Part shown: in pieces, positions 27,600 through 42,500 of the stretch
Layout: every line of letters starts with the position of its first letter
Position numbering within the stretch: position 1 is the stretch's first letter
Assembly (NCBI GenBank): GCA_964016885.1
Contig: OZ024741.1
Location: 415,834,001 to 415,898,000 of the forward strand
From: Eledone cirrhosa
Lineage: Eukaryota
Direction: 5' to 3'
Length of the DNA stretch: 64,000 bases
Position numbers and translations under genes: made by a program
Notes under the pieces: model-generated
Database searches by the model: none
What the model was told of the DNA's origin: nothing
Seen by the model: only the letters and a program-made list of their open reading frames with translations

Positions 27600-30500
27600 A
27601 ACTGGGGCCTCTGTTATATTAAGTGGGGTATGTTATATTAACTGGGGCCTCTGTTATATTAACTGGGGTCTCTGTTATATTAACTGGGGTCTGTATAATA
27701 TTAACTGGGGCTTCTATTATATTAACTGGGGTCTCTGTTATATTAACTGGGGTCTCTGTTATATTAACTGGGGCCTCTGTTATATTAAGTGGGGTATGTT
27801 ATATTAACTGGGGCCTCTGTTATATTAACTGGGGCCTCTGTTATATTAACTGGGGTCTCTGTTATATTAAGTGGGGTATGTTATATTAACTGGGGCCTCT
27901 GTTATATTAACTGGGGCCTCTGTTATATTAACTGGGGTATGTTATATTAACTGGGGTCTCCGTTATATTAACTGGGGCCTCTGTTATATTAACTGGGGCC
28001 TCTGTTATATTAAGTGGGGTATGTTATATTAACTGGGGTCTCTGTTATATTAACTGGGGCCTCTGTTATATTAACTGGGGTCTCTGTTATATTAACTGGG
28101 GCCTCAATTATATTAACTGGGGCCTCTGTTATATTAACTGGGGTCTCTGTTATATTAACTGGGGCCTCTGTTATATTAAGTGGGGTATGTTATATTAATT
28201 GGGGCCTCTGTTATAATAACTGGGGTTTCTGTTATATTAACTGGGGTCTCTATTATATTAACTGGGGCTTCTATTATATTAACTGGGGTCTCTGTCATAT
28301 TAACTGGGGTCTCTGTTATATTAACTGGGGCCTCTGTTATATTAAGTGGGGTATGTTATATTAACTGGGGCCTCTGTTATATTAACTGGGGCCTCTGTTA
28401 TATTAACTGGGGTCTCTGTTATATTAAGTGGGGTATGTTATATTAACTGGGGCCTCTGCTATATTAACTGGGGCCTCTGTTATATTAAGTGGGGTATGTT
28501 ATATTAACTGGGGTCTCTGTTATATTAACTGGGGCCTCTGTTATATTAACTGGGGTATCTGTTATATTAACTGGGGACTCAATTATATTAACTGGGGCCT
28601 CTGTTATATTAACAGGGGTCTCTGTTATATTAACTGGGGCCTCTGTTATATTAAGTGGGGTATGTTATATTAACTGGGGTCTCTGTTATATTAAATGGCG
28701 TCTCTGTTATATTAACTGGGGCCTCTGTTATATTAACTGGGGTCTCTGTTATATTAACTGGGGTCTCTGTTATATTAACTGGGGTATGTTATATTAACTG
28801 GGGCCTCTGTTATATTAACTGGGGCCTCTATTATATTAACTGGGGCCTCTGTTATATTAACTGGGGTCTCTGTTATATTAACTGGGGTCTCTGTTATATT
28901 AACTGGGGTCTTTGTTATATTAACTGGGGCCTCTATTATATTAACTGGGGTCTGTTATATTAATTGGGGCCTCTGTTATATCAAGTTGGGTATGTTATAT
29001 TAACTGGGGTCTCTGTTATATTAACTGGGGCCTCTGTTATATTAACTGGGGCCTCTGTTATATTAACTGGGGGTCTCTGTTATATTAACTGGGGTCTCTG
29101 TAATATTAACTGGGGTCACTGTTATATTAACTGGGGCCTCTGTTATATTAACTGGGGTCTGTTATCTTAACTGGGGTCTCTGTTATATTAACAGGGGTCT
29201 CTGTTATATTAACAGGGGCCTCTGTTGTATTAACTGGGGGCCTCTGTTATATTAACTGGCGTCTGTTATCTTAACTGGGGTCTCTGTTATAATAACTGGG
29301 GTCTCTGTTATATTAACTGGGGTATGTTATATTAACTGGGGTCTCTGTTATATTAACTGGGGTCTCTGATATATTAAGTGGGGTATCGTATATTAACTGG
29401 AGTCTCTGTTATATTAACTGGGGCCTCTATTATATTAGCTGGGGCCTCTGTTATATTAACTGGTGTCTCTTTTAGATTAACTGGGTTCAGTTATAGTAAC
29501 TGGGGTCTCTGTTATATTAACTGAGGTCTCTGTAATATTAACTGGGGCCTCTATTATATTAACTGGGATCTCTGTTATAATAACTGGGGTCTCTGTTATA
29601 TTAACTGGGTCTCTGTTATATTAAATGGCATCTGTTATATTAACTGAGGTCTCTGTTATATTACCTGGGGCCTCTGTTATATTAACTGGGGTCTCTGTTA
29701 TATTAACTGGGGCCTCTGTTATATTAACTGGGGTCTCTGTTATATTAACTGGGGCCTCAATTATATTAACTGGGGCCTCTGTTATATTAACTGGGGTCTC
29801 TGTTATATTAACTGGGGCCATTGTTATATTAACTTGGGTATGTTATATTAACTGGGGTCTCTATTATATTATCTGGGGTGTCTGTTATATTAACTGGGGC
29901 CTCTGTTATATTAACTGGGGCCTCTGTTATATTAAGTGGGGTCTCTGTTATATTAACTGGGGTATGTTATATTAACTGGGGACCCTGTTAAATTAACAGG
30001 GGCCTCTATTATATTAACTGGGGTCTCTGTTATATTAACTGGGGTCTCTATTATATTAACTGGAGGTCTCTGTTATATTAACTGGGGTATGTTATATTAA
30101 CTAGGGTCTCTATTATATTAACTGGGGCTTCTATTATATTAACTGGGGTCTCTGTTATATTAACTGGGGTCTCTGTTATATTAACTGGGGCCTCTGTTAT
30201 ATTAAGTGGGGTATGTTATATTAACTGGGGCCTCTGTTATATTAACTGGGGTCTCTGTTATATTAACTGGGGTCTCTATTATATTAACTGGGGCTTCTAT
30301 TATATTAAATGGGGTCTCTGTTATATTAACTGGGGTCTCTGTTATATTAACTGGGGCCTCTGTTATATTAAGTGCGGTATGTTATATTAACTGGGGCCTC
30401 TGTTATATTAACTGGGGTCTCTGTTATATTAACTGGGGTCTCTGTTATATTAACTGGGGTCTCTGTTATATTAACTGGGGTCTGTTATCTTAACTGAGGT

Positions 30501-33500
30501 CTCTGTTATATTAACTGGGGTCTGTTATATTAACTGGGGTCTCTGTTATATTAACTGGGGTCTGTTATCTTAACTGGGGTCTCTGTTATATTAACTGGGG
30601 TCTCTTTTATATTAACTGGGGTCTGTTATTAACTGGGGCCTCTATTATATTAACTGAGGTCCCTTTTATATTAACTGGGGCCTCTGTTATATTAACTGGG
30701 GCCTCTGTTATATTAACTGGGGTCTCTGTTATATTAACTGGGGCCTCTGTTATATTAACTGGGGCCTCTATTATATTAACTGGGGTCTCTGTTATATTAA
30801 CTGGGGCCTCTGTTATATTAAGTGGGGTATGTTATATTAACTGGGGCCTCTGTTATATTAACTGGGGTCTCTGTTATATTAACTGGGTTATGTTATATTA
30901 ACTGGGGCCCCTGTTAAATTAACAGGGGCCTCTATTATATTAACTGGGGCCTCTGTTATATTAACTGGGGTCTCTATTATATTAACTGGGGCCTCTGTTA
31001 TATTAACTGGGGTTTCTGTTATATTAACTGGGGTCTGTATAATATTAACTGGGGCTTCTATTATATTAACTGGGGTCTCTGTTATATTAACTGGGGTCTC
31101 TGTTATATTAACTGGGGCCTCTGTTATATTAAGTGGGGTATGTTATATTAACTGGGGCCTCTGTTATATTAACTGGGGCCTCTGTTATATTAACTGGGGT
31201 CTCTGTTATATTAAGTGGGGTATGTTATATTAACTGGGGCCTCTGTTATATTAACTGGGGCCTCTGTTATATTAACTGGGGTATGTTATATTAACTGGGG
31301 TCTCCGTTATATTAACTGGGGCCTCTGTTATATTAACTGGGGCCTCTGTTATATTAAGTGGGGTATGTTATATTAACTGGGGTCTCTGTTATATTAACTG
31401 GGGCCTCTGTTATATTAACTGGGGTCTCTGTTATATTAACTGGGGCCTCAATTATATTAACTGGGGCCTCTGTTATATTAACTGGGGTCTCTGTTATATT
31501 AACTGGGGCCTCTGTTATATTAAGTGGGGTATGTTATATTAATTGGGGCCTCTGTTATATTAACTGGGGTTTCTGTTATATTAACTGGGGTCTCTATTAT
31601 ATTAACTGGGGCTTCTATTATATTAACTGGGGTCTCTGTCATATTAACTGGGGTCTCTGTTATATTAACTGGGGCCTCTGTTATATTAAGTGGGGTATGT
31701 TATATTAACTGGGGCCTCTGTTATATTAACTGGGGCCTCTGTTATATTAACTGGGGTCTCTGTTATATTAAGTGGGGTATGTTATATTAACTGGGGCCTC
31801 TGCTATATTAACTGGGGCCTCTGTTATATTAAGTGGGGTATGTTATATTAACTGGGGTCTCTGTTATATTAACTGGGGCCTCTGTTATATTAACTGGGGT
31901 ATCTGTTATATTAACTGGGGACTCAATTATATTAACTGGGGCCTCTGTTATATTAACTGGGGTCTCTGTTATATTAACTGGGGCCTCTGTTATATTAAGT
32001 GGGGTATGTTATATTAACTGGGGTCTCTGTTATATTAAATGGCGTCTCTGTTATATTAACTGGGGCCTCTGTTATATTAACTGGGGTCTCTGTTATATTA
32101 ACTGGGGTCTCTGTTATATTAACTGGGGTATGTTATATTAACTGGGGCCTCTGTTATATTAACTGGGGCCTCTATTATATTAACTGGGGCCTCTGTTATA
32201 TTAACTGGGGTCTCTGTTATATTAACTGGGGTCTCTGTTATATTAACTGGGGTCTTTGTTATATTAACTGGGGCCTCTATTATATTAACTGGGGTCTGTT
32301 ATATTAATTGGGGCCTCTGTTATATCAAGTTGGGTATGTTATATTAACTGGGGTCTCTGTTATATTAACTGGGGCCTCTGTTATATTAACTGGGGCCTCT
32401 GTTATATTAACTGGGGGTCTCTGTTATATTAACTGGGGTCTCTGTAATATTAACTGGGGTCACTGTTATATTAACTGGGGCCTCTGTTATATTAACTGGG
32501 GTCTGTTATCTTAACTGGGGTCTCTGTTATATTAACAGGGGTCTCTGTTATATTAACAGGGGTCTCTGTTGTATTAACTGGGGGCCTCTGTTATATTAAC
32601 TGGCGTCTGTTATCTTAACTGGGGTCTCTGTTATAATAACTGGGGTCTCTGTTATATTAACTGGGGTATGTTATATTAACTGGGGTCTCTGTTATATTAA
32701 CTGGGGTCTCTGATATATTAAGTGGGGTATCGTATATTAACTGGAGTCTCTGTTATATTAACTGGGGCCTCTATTATATTAGCTGGGGCCTCTGTTATAT
32801 TAACTGGTGTCTCTTTTAGATTAACTGGGTTCAGTTATAGTAACTGGGGTCTCTGTTATATTAACTGAGGTCTCTGTAATATTAACTGGGGCCTCTATTA
32901 TATTAACTGGGATCTCTGTTATAATAACTGGGGTCTCTGTTATATTAACTGGGTCTCTGTTATATTAAATGGCATCTGTTATATTAACTGAGGTCTCTGT
33001 TATATTACCTGGGGCCTCTGTTATATTAACTGGGGTCTCTGTTATATTAACTGGGGCCTCTGTTATATTAACTGGGGTCTCTGTTATATTAACTGGGGCC
33101 TCAATTATATTAACTGGGGCCTCTGTTATATTAACTGGGGTCTCTGTTATATTAACTGGGGCCATTGTTATATTAACTTGGGTATGTTATATTAACTGGG
33201 GTCTCTATTATATTAACTGGGGTGTCTGTTATATTAACTGGGGCCTCTGTTATATTAACTGGGGCCTCTGTTATATTAAGTGGGGTCTCTGTTATATTAA
33301 CTGGGGTATGTTATATTAACTGGGGACCCTGTTAAATTAACAGGGGCCTCTATTATATTAACTGGGGTCTCTGTTATATTAACTTGGGTCTCTATTATAT
33401 TAACTGGGGGTCTCTGTTATATTAACTGGGGTATGTTATATTAACTAGGGTCTCTATTATATTAACTGGGGCTTCTATTATATTAACTGGGGTCTCTGTT

Positions 33501-36500
33501 ATATTAACTGGGGTCTCTGTTATATTAACTGGGGCCTCTGTTATATTAAGTGCGGTATGTTATATAAACTGGGGCCTCTGTTATATTAACTGGGGTCTCT
33601 GTTATATTAACTGGGGTCTCTGTTATATTAACTGGGGTCTCTGTTATATTAACTGGGGTCTGTTATCTTAACTGAGGTCTCTGTTATATTAACTGGGGTC
33701 TGTTATATTAACTGGGGTCTCTGTTATATTAACTGGGGTCTGTTATCTTAACTGGGGTCTCTGTTATATTAACTGGGGTCTCTTTTATATTAACTGGGGT
33801 CTGTTATTAACTGGGGCCTCTATTATATTAACTGAGGTCCCTTTTATATTAACTGGGGCCTCTGTTATATTAACTGGGGCCTCTGTTATATTAACTGGGG
33901 TCTCTGTTATATTAACTGGGGCCTCTGTTATATTAACTGGGGCCTCTATTATATTAACTGGGGTCTCTGTTATATTAACTGGGGCCTCTGTTATATTAAG
34001 TGGGGTATGTTATATTAACTGGGGCCTCTGTTATATTAACTGGGGTCTCTGTTATATTAACTGGGTTATGTTATATTAACTGGGGCCCCTGTTAAATTAA
34101 CAGGGGCCTCTATTATATTAACTGGGGTCTCTGTTATATTAACTGGGGTCTCTATTATATTAACTGGGGCCTCTGTTATATTAACTGGGGTTTCTGTTAT
34201 ATTAACTGGGGTCTCTATTATATTAACTGGGGCTTCTATTATATTAACTGGGGTCTCTGTCATATTAACTGGGGTCTCTGTTATATTAACTGGGGCCTCT
34301 GTTATATTAAGTGGGGTATGTTATATTAACTGGGGCCTCTGTTATATTAACTGGGGCCTCTGTTATATTAACTGGGGTCTCTGTTATATTAAGTGGGGTA
34401 TGTTATATTAACTGGGGCCTCTGCTATATTAACTGGGGCCTCTGTTATATTAAGTGGGGTATGTTATATTAACTGGGGTCTCCGTTATATTAACTGGGGC
34501 CTCTGTTATATTAACTGGGGCCTCTGTTATATTAAGTGGGGTATGTTATATTAACTGGGGTCTCTGTTATATTAACTGGGGCCTCTGTTATATTAACTGG
34601 GGTATCTGTTATATTAACTGGGGACTCAATTATATTAACTGGGGCCTCTGTTATATTAACTGGGGTCTCTGTTATATTAACTGGGGCCTCTGTTATATTA
34701 AGTGGGGTATGTTATATTAACTGGGGTCTCTGTTATATTAAATGGCGTCTCTTGTTATATTAACTGGGGCCTCTGTTATATTAACTGGGGTCTCTGTTAT
34801 ATTAACTGGGGTCTCTGTTATATTAACTGGGGTATGTTATATTAACTGGGGCCTCTGTTATATTAACTGGGGCCTCTATTATATTAACTGGGCCTCTGTT
34901 ATATTAACTGCGGTCTCTGTTATATTAACTGGGGTCTCTGTTATATTAACTGGGGTCTTTGTTATATTAACTGGGGCCTCTATTATATTAACTGGGGTCT
35001 GTTATATTAATTGGGGCCTCTGTTATATCAAGTTGGGTATGTTATATTAACTGGGGTCTCTGTTATATTAACTGGGGCCTCTGTTATATTAACTGGGGCC
35101 TCTGTTATATTAACTGGGGGTCTCTGTTATATTAACTGGGGTCTCTGTAATATTAACTGGGGTCTCTGTTATATTAACTGGGGCCTCTGTTATATTAACT
35201 GGGGTCTGTTATCTTAACTGGGGTCTCTGTTATATTAACAGGGGTCTCTGTTATATTAACAGGGGCCTCTGTTGTATTAACTGGGGGCCTCTGTTATATT
35301 AACTGGCGTCTGTTATCTTAACTGGGGTCTCTGTTATAATAACTGGGGTCTCTGTTATATTAACTGGGGTATGTTATATTAACTGGGGTCTCTGTTATAT
35401 TAACTGGGGTCTCTGATATATTAAGTGGGGTATCGTATATTAACTGGAGTCTCTGTTATATTAACTGGGGCCTCTATTATATTAGCTGGGGCCTCTGTTA
35501 TATTAACTGGTGTCTCTTTTAGATTAACTGGGTTCAGTTATATTAACTGGGGTCTCTGTTATATTAACTGGGTCTCTGTTATATTAAATGGCATCTGTTA
35601 TATTAACTGGGGTCTCTGTTATATTAACTGAGGTCTCTGTTATATTACCTGGGGCCTCTGTTATATTAACTGGGGTCTCTGTTATATTAACTGGGGCCTC
35701 TGTTATATTAACTGGGGTCTCTGTTATATTAACTGGGGCCTCAATTATATTAACTGGGGCCTCTGTTATATTAACTGGGGTCTCTGTTATATTAACTGGG
35801 GCCATTGTTATATTAACTTGGGTATGTTATATTAACTGGGGTCTCTATTATATTAACTGGGGTGTCTGTTATATTAACTGGGGCCTCTGTTATATTAACT
35901 GGGGCCTCTGTTATATTAAGTGGGGTATGTTATATTAACTGGGGCCTCTGTTATATTAACTGGGGTCTCTGTTATATTAACTGGGGTATGTTATATTAAC
36001 TGGGGACCCTGTTATATTAACAGAGGCCTCTATTATATTAACTGGGGTCTCTGTTATATTAACTGGGGTCTCTATTATATTAACTGGGGGTCTCTGTTAT
36101 ATTAACTGGGGTATGTTATATTAACTAGGGTCTCTATTATATTAACTGGGGCTTCTATTATATTAACTGGGGTCTCTGTTATATTAACTGGGGTCTCTGT
36201 TATATTAACTGGGGCCTCTGTTATATTAAGTGGGGTATGTTATATTAACTGGGGCCTCTGTTATATTAACTGGGGTCTCTGTTATATTAACTGGGGTCTC
36301 TATTATATTAACTGGGGCTTCTATTATATTAAATGGGGTCTCTGTTATATTAACTGGGGTCTCTGTTATATTAACTGGGGCCTCTGTTATATTAAGTGCG
36401 GTATGTTATATTAACTGGGGCCTCTGTTATATTAACTGGGGTCTCTGTTATATTAACTGGGGTCTCTGTTATATTAACTAAGGCCTCTGTTATATTAAGT

Positions 36501-39500
36501 GGGGTATGTTATATTAACTGGGGCCTCTGTTATATTAACTGGGGCCTCTGTTATATTAACTGGGGTCTCTGTTATATTAAGTGGGGTATGTTATATTAAC
36601 TGGGGCCTCTGTTATATTAACTGGGGCCTCTGTTATATTAAGTGAGGTATGTTATATTAACTGGGGTCTCTGTTATATTAACTGGGGTCTCTGTTATATT
36701 AACTGGGGCCTCTGTTATATTAACTGGGGTCTCTGTTATATTAACTGGGGTCTGTTATCTTAACTGAGGTCTCTGTTATATTAACTGGGGTCTGTTATAT
36801 TAACTGGGGTCTCTGTTATATTAACTGGGGTCTGTTATCTTAACTGGGGTCTCTGTTATATTAACTGGGGTCTCTTTTATATTAACTGGGGTCTGTTATT
36901 AACTGGGGCCTCTATTATATTAACTGAGGTCCCTTTTATATTAACTGGGGCCTCTGTTATATTAACTGGGGCCTCTGTTATATTAACTGGGGTCTCTGTT
37001 ATATTAACTGGGGCCTCTGTTATATTAACTGGGGCCTCTATTATATTAACTGGGGTCTCTGTTATATTAACTGGGGCCTCTGTTATATTAAGTGGGGTAT
37101 GTTATATTAACTGGGGCCTCTGTTATATTAACTGGGGTCTCTGTTATATTAACTGGGTTATGTTATATTAACTGGGGCCCCTGTTAAATTAACAGGGGCC
37201 TCTATTATATTAACTGGGGCCTCTGTTATATTAACTGGGGTCTCTATTATATTAACTGGGGCCTCTGTTATATTAACTGGGGTTTCTGTTATATTAACTG
37301 GGGTCTGTATAATATTAACTGGGGCTTCTATTATATTAACTGGGGTCTCTGTTATATTAACTGGGGTCTCTGTTATATTAACTGGGGCCTCTGTTATATT
37401 AAGTGGGGTATGTTATATTAACTGGGGCCTCTGTTATATTAACTGGGGCCTCTGTTATATTAACTGGGGTCTCTGTTATATTAAGTGGGGTATGTTATAT
37501 TAACTGGGGCCTCTGTTATATTAACTGGGGCCTCTGTTATATTAACTGGGGTATGTTATATTAACTGGGGTCTCCGTTATATTAACTGGGGCCTCTGTTA
37601 TATTAACTGGGGCCTCTGTTATATTAAGTGGGGTATGTTATATTAACTGGGGTCTCTGTTATATTAACTGGGGCCTCTGTTATATTAACTGGGGTCTCTG
37701 TTATATTAACTGGGGCCTCAATTATATTAACTGGGGCCTCTGTTATATTAACTGGGGTCTCTGTTATATTAACTGGGGCCTCTGTTATATTAAGTGGGGT
37801 ATGTTATATTAATTGGGGCCTCTGTTATATTAACTGGGGTTTCTGTTATATTAACTGGGGTCTCTATTATATTAACTGGGGCTTCTATTATATTAACTGG
37901 GGTCTCTGTCATATTAACTGGGGTCTCTGTTATATTAACTGGGGCCTCTGTTATATTAAGTGGGGTATGTTATATTAACTGGGGCCTCTGTTATATTAAC
38001 TGGGGCCTCTGTTATATTAACTGGGGTCTCTGTTATATTAAGTGGGGTATGTTATATTAACTGGGGCCTCTGCTATATTAACTGGGGCCTCTGTTATATT
38101 AAGTGGGGTATGTTATATTAACTGGGGTCTCTGTTATATTAACTGGGGCCTCTGTTATATTAACTGGGGTATCTGTTATATTAACTGGGGACTCAATTAT
38201 ATTAACTGGGGCCTCTGTTATATTAACTGGGGTCTCTGTTATATTAACTGGGGCCTCTGTTATATTAAGTGGGGTATGTTATATTAACTGGGGTCTCTGT
38301 TATATTAAATGGCCTCTCTGTTATATTAACTGGGGCCTCTGTTATATTAACTGGGGTCTCTGTTATATTAACTGGGGTCTCTGTTATATTAACTGGGGTA
38401 TGTTATATTAACTGGGGCCTCTGTTATATTAACTGGGGCCTCTATTATATTAACTGGGGCCTCTGTTATATTAACTGGGGTCTCTGTTATATTAACTGGG
38501 GTCTCTGTTATATTAACTGGGGTCTTTGTTATATTAACTGGGGCCTCTATTATATTAACTGGGGTCTGTTATATTAATTGGGGCCTCTGTTATATCAAGT
38601 TGGGTATGTTATATTAACTGGGGTCTCTGTTATATTAACTGGGGCCTCTGTTATATTAACTGGGGCCTCTGTTATATTAACTGGGGGTCTCTGTTATATT
38701 AACTGGGGTCTCTGTAATATTAACTGGGGTCACTGTTATATTAACTGGGGCCTCTGTTATATTAACTGGGGTCTGTTATCTTAACTGGGGTCTCTGTTAT
38801 ATTAACAGGGGTCTCTGTTATATTAACAGGGGCCTCTGTTGTATTAACTGGGGGCCTCTGTTATATTAACTGGCGTCTGTTATCTTAACTGGGGTCTCTG
38901 TTATAATAACTGGGGTCTCTGTTATATTAACTGGGGTATGTTATATTAACTGGGGTCTCTGTTATATTAACTGGGGTCTCTGATATATTAAGTGGGGTAT
39001 CGTATATTAACTGGAGTCTCTGTTATATTAACTGGGGCCTCTATTATATTAGCTGGGGCCTCTGTTATATTAACTGGTGTCTCTTTTAGATTAACTGGGT
39101 TCAGTTATAGTAACTGGGGTCTCTGTTATATTAACTGAGGTCTCTGTAATATTAACTGGGGCCTCTATTATATTAACTGGGATCTCTGTTATAATAACTG
39201 GGGTCTCTGTTATATTAACTGGGTCTCTGTTATATTAAATGGCATCTGTTATATTAACTGAGGTCTCTGTTATATTACCTGGGGCCTCTGTTATATTAAC
39301 TGGGGTCTCTGTTATATTAACTGGGGCCTCTGTTATATTAACTGGGGTCTCTGTTATATTAACTGGGGCCTCAATTATATTAACTGGGGCCTCTGTTATA
39401 TTAACTGGGGTCTCTGTTATATTAACTGGGGCCATTGTTATATTAACTTGGGTATGTTATATTAACTGGGGTCTCTATTATATTAACTGGGGTGTCTGTT

Positions 39501-42500
39501 ATATTAACTGGGGCCTCTGTTATATTAACTGGGGCCTCTGTTATATTAAGTGGGGTCTCTGTTATATTAACTGGGGTATGTTATATTAACTGGGGACCCT
39601 GTTAAATTAACAGGGGCCTCTATTATATTAACTGGGGTCTCTGTTATATTAACTTGGGTCTCTATTATATTAACTGGGGGTCTCTGTTATATTAACTGGG
39701 GTATGTTATATTAACTAGGGTCTCTATTATATTAACTGGGGCTTCTATTATATTAACTGGGGTCTCTGTTATATTAACTGGGGTCTCTGTTATATTAACT
39801 GGGGCCTCTGTTATATTAAGTGGGGTATGTTATATTAACTGGGGCCTCTGTTATATTAACTGGGGTCTCTGTTATATTAACTGGGGTCTCTATTATATTA
39901 ACTGGGGCTTCTATTATATTAAATGGGGTCTCTGTTATATTAACTGGGGTCTCTGTTATATTAACTGGGGCCTCTGTTATATTAAGTGCGGTATGTTATA
40001 TTAACTGGGGCCTCTGTTATATTAACTGGGGTCTCTGTTATATTAACTGGGGTCTCTGTTATATTAACTGGGGTCTCTGTTATATTAACTGGGGTCTGTT
40101 ATCTTAACTGAGGTCTCTGTTATATTAACTGGGGTCTGTTATATTAACTGGGGTCTCTGTTATATTAACTGGGGTCTGTTATCTTAACTGGGGTCTCTGT
40201 TATATTAACTGGGGTCTCTTTTATATTAACTGGGGTCTGTTATTAACTGGGGCCTCTATTATATTAACTGAGGTCCCTTTTATATTAACTGGGGCCTCTG
40301 TTATATTAACTGGGGCCTCTGTTATATTAACTGGGGTCTCTGTTATATTAACTGGGGCCTCTGTTATATTAACTGGGGCCTCTATTATATTAACTGGGGT
40401 CTCTGTTATATTAACTGGGGCCTCTGTTATATTAAGTGGGGTATGTTATATTAACTGGGGCCTCTGTTATATTAACTGGGGTCTCTGTTATATTAACTGG
40501 GTTATGTTATATTAACTGGGGCCCCTGTTAAATTAACAGGGGCCTCTATTATATTAACTGGGGTCTCTGTTATATTAACTGGGGTCTCTATTATATTAAC
40601 TGGGGCCTCTGTTATATTAACTGGGGTTTCTGTTATATTAACTGGGGTCTCTATTATATTAACTGGGGCTTCTATTATATTAACTGGGGTCTCTGTCATA
40701 TTAACTGGGGTCTCTGTTATATTAACTGGGGCCTCTGTTATATTAAGTGGGGTATGTTATATTAACTGGGGCCTCTGTTATATTAACTGGGGCCTCTGTT
40801 ATATTAACTGGGGTCTCTGTTATATTAAGTGGGGTATGTTATATTAACTGGGGCCTCTGCTATATTAACTGGGGCCTCTGTTATATTAAGTGGGGTATGT
40901 TATATTAACTGGGGTCTCCGTTATATTAACTGGGGCCTCTGTTATATTAACTGGGGCCTCTGTTATATTAAGTGGGGTATGTTATATTAACTGGGGTCTC
41001 TGTTATATTAACTGGGGCCTCTGTTATATTAACTGGGGTATCTGTTATATTAACTGGGGACTCAATTATATTAACTGGGGCCTCTGTTATATTAACTGGG
41101 GTCTCTGTTATATTAACTGGGGCCTCTGTTATATTAAGTGGGGTATGTTATATTAACTGGGGTCTCTGTTATATTAAATGGCGTCTCTGTTATATTAACT
41201 GGGGCCTCTGTTATATTAACTGGGGTCTCTGTTATATTAACTGGGGTCTCTGTTATATTAACTGGGGTATGTTATATTAACTGGGGCCTCTGTTATATTA
41301 ACTGGGGCCTCTATTATATTAACTGGGCCTCTGTTATATTAACTGCGGTCTCTGTTATATTAACTGGGGTCTCTGTTATATTAACTGGGGTCTTTGTTAT
41401 ATTAACTGGGGCCTCTATTATATTAACTGGGGTCTGTTATATTAATTGGGGCCTCTGTTATATCAAGTTGGGTATGTTATATTAACTGGGGTCTCTGTTA
41501 TATTAACTGGGGCCTCTGTTATATTAACTGGGGCCTCTGTTATATTAACTGGGGGTCTCTGTTATATTAACTGGGGTCTCTGTAATATTAACTGGGGTCT
41601 CTGTTATATTAACTGGGGCCTCTGTTATATTAACTGGGGTCTGTTATCTTAACTGGGGTCTCTGTTATATTAACAGGGGTCTCTGTTATATTAACAGGGG
41701 CCTCTGTTGTATTAACTGGGGGCCTCTGTTATATTAACTGGCGTCTGTTATCTTAACTGGGGTCTCTGTTATAATAACTGGGGTCTCTGTTATATTAACT
41801 GGGGTATGTTATATTAACTGGGGTCTCTGTTATATTAACTGGGGTCTCTGATATATTAAGTGGGGTATCGTATATTAACTGGAGTCTCTGTTATATTAAC
41901 TGGGGCCTCTATTATATTAGCTGGGGCCTCTGTTATATTAACTGGTGTCTCTTTTAGATTAACTGGGTTCAGTTATATTAACTGGGGTCTCTGTTATATT
42001 AACTGGGTCTCTGTTATATTAAATGGCATCTGTTATATTAACTGGGGTCTCTGTTATATTAACTGAGGTCTCTGTTATATTACCTGGGGCCTCTGTTATA
42101 TTAACTGGGGTCTCTGTTATATTAACTGGGGCCTCTGTTATATTAACTGGGGTCTCTGTTATATTAACTGGGGCCTCAATTATATTAACTGGGGCCTCTG
42201 TTATATTAACTGGGGTCTCTGTTATATTAACTGGGGCCATTGTTATATTAACTTGGGTATGTTATATTAACTGGGGTCTCTATTATATTAACTGGGGTGT
42301 CTGTTATATTAACTGGGGCCTCTGTTATATTAACTGGGGCCTCTGTTATATTAAGTGGGGTATGTTATATTAACTGGGGCCTCTGTTATATTAACTGGGG
42401 TCTCTGTTATATTAACTGGGGTATGTTATATTAACTGGGGACCCTGTTATATTAACAGAGGCCTCTATTATATTAACTGGGGTCTCTGTTATATTAACTG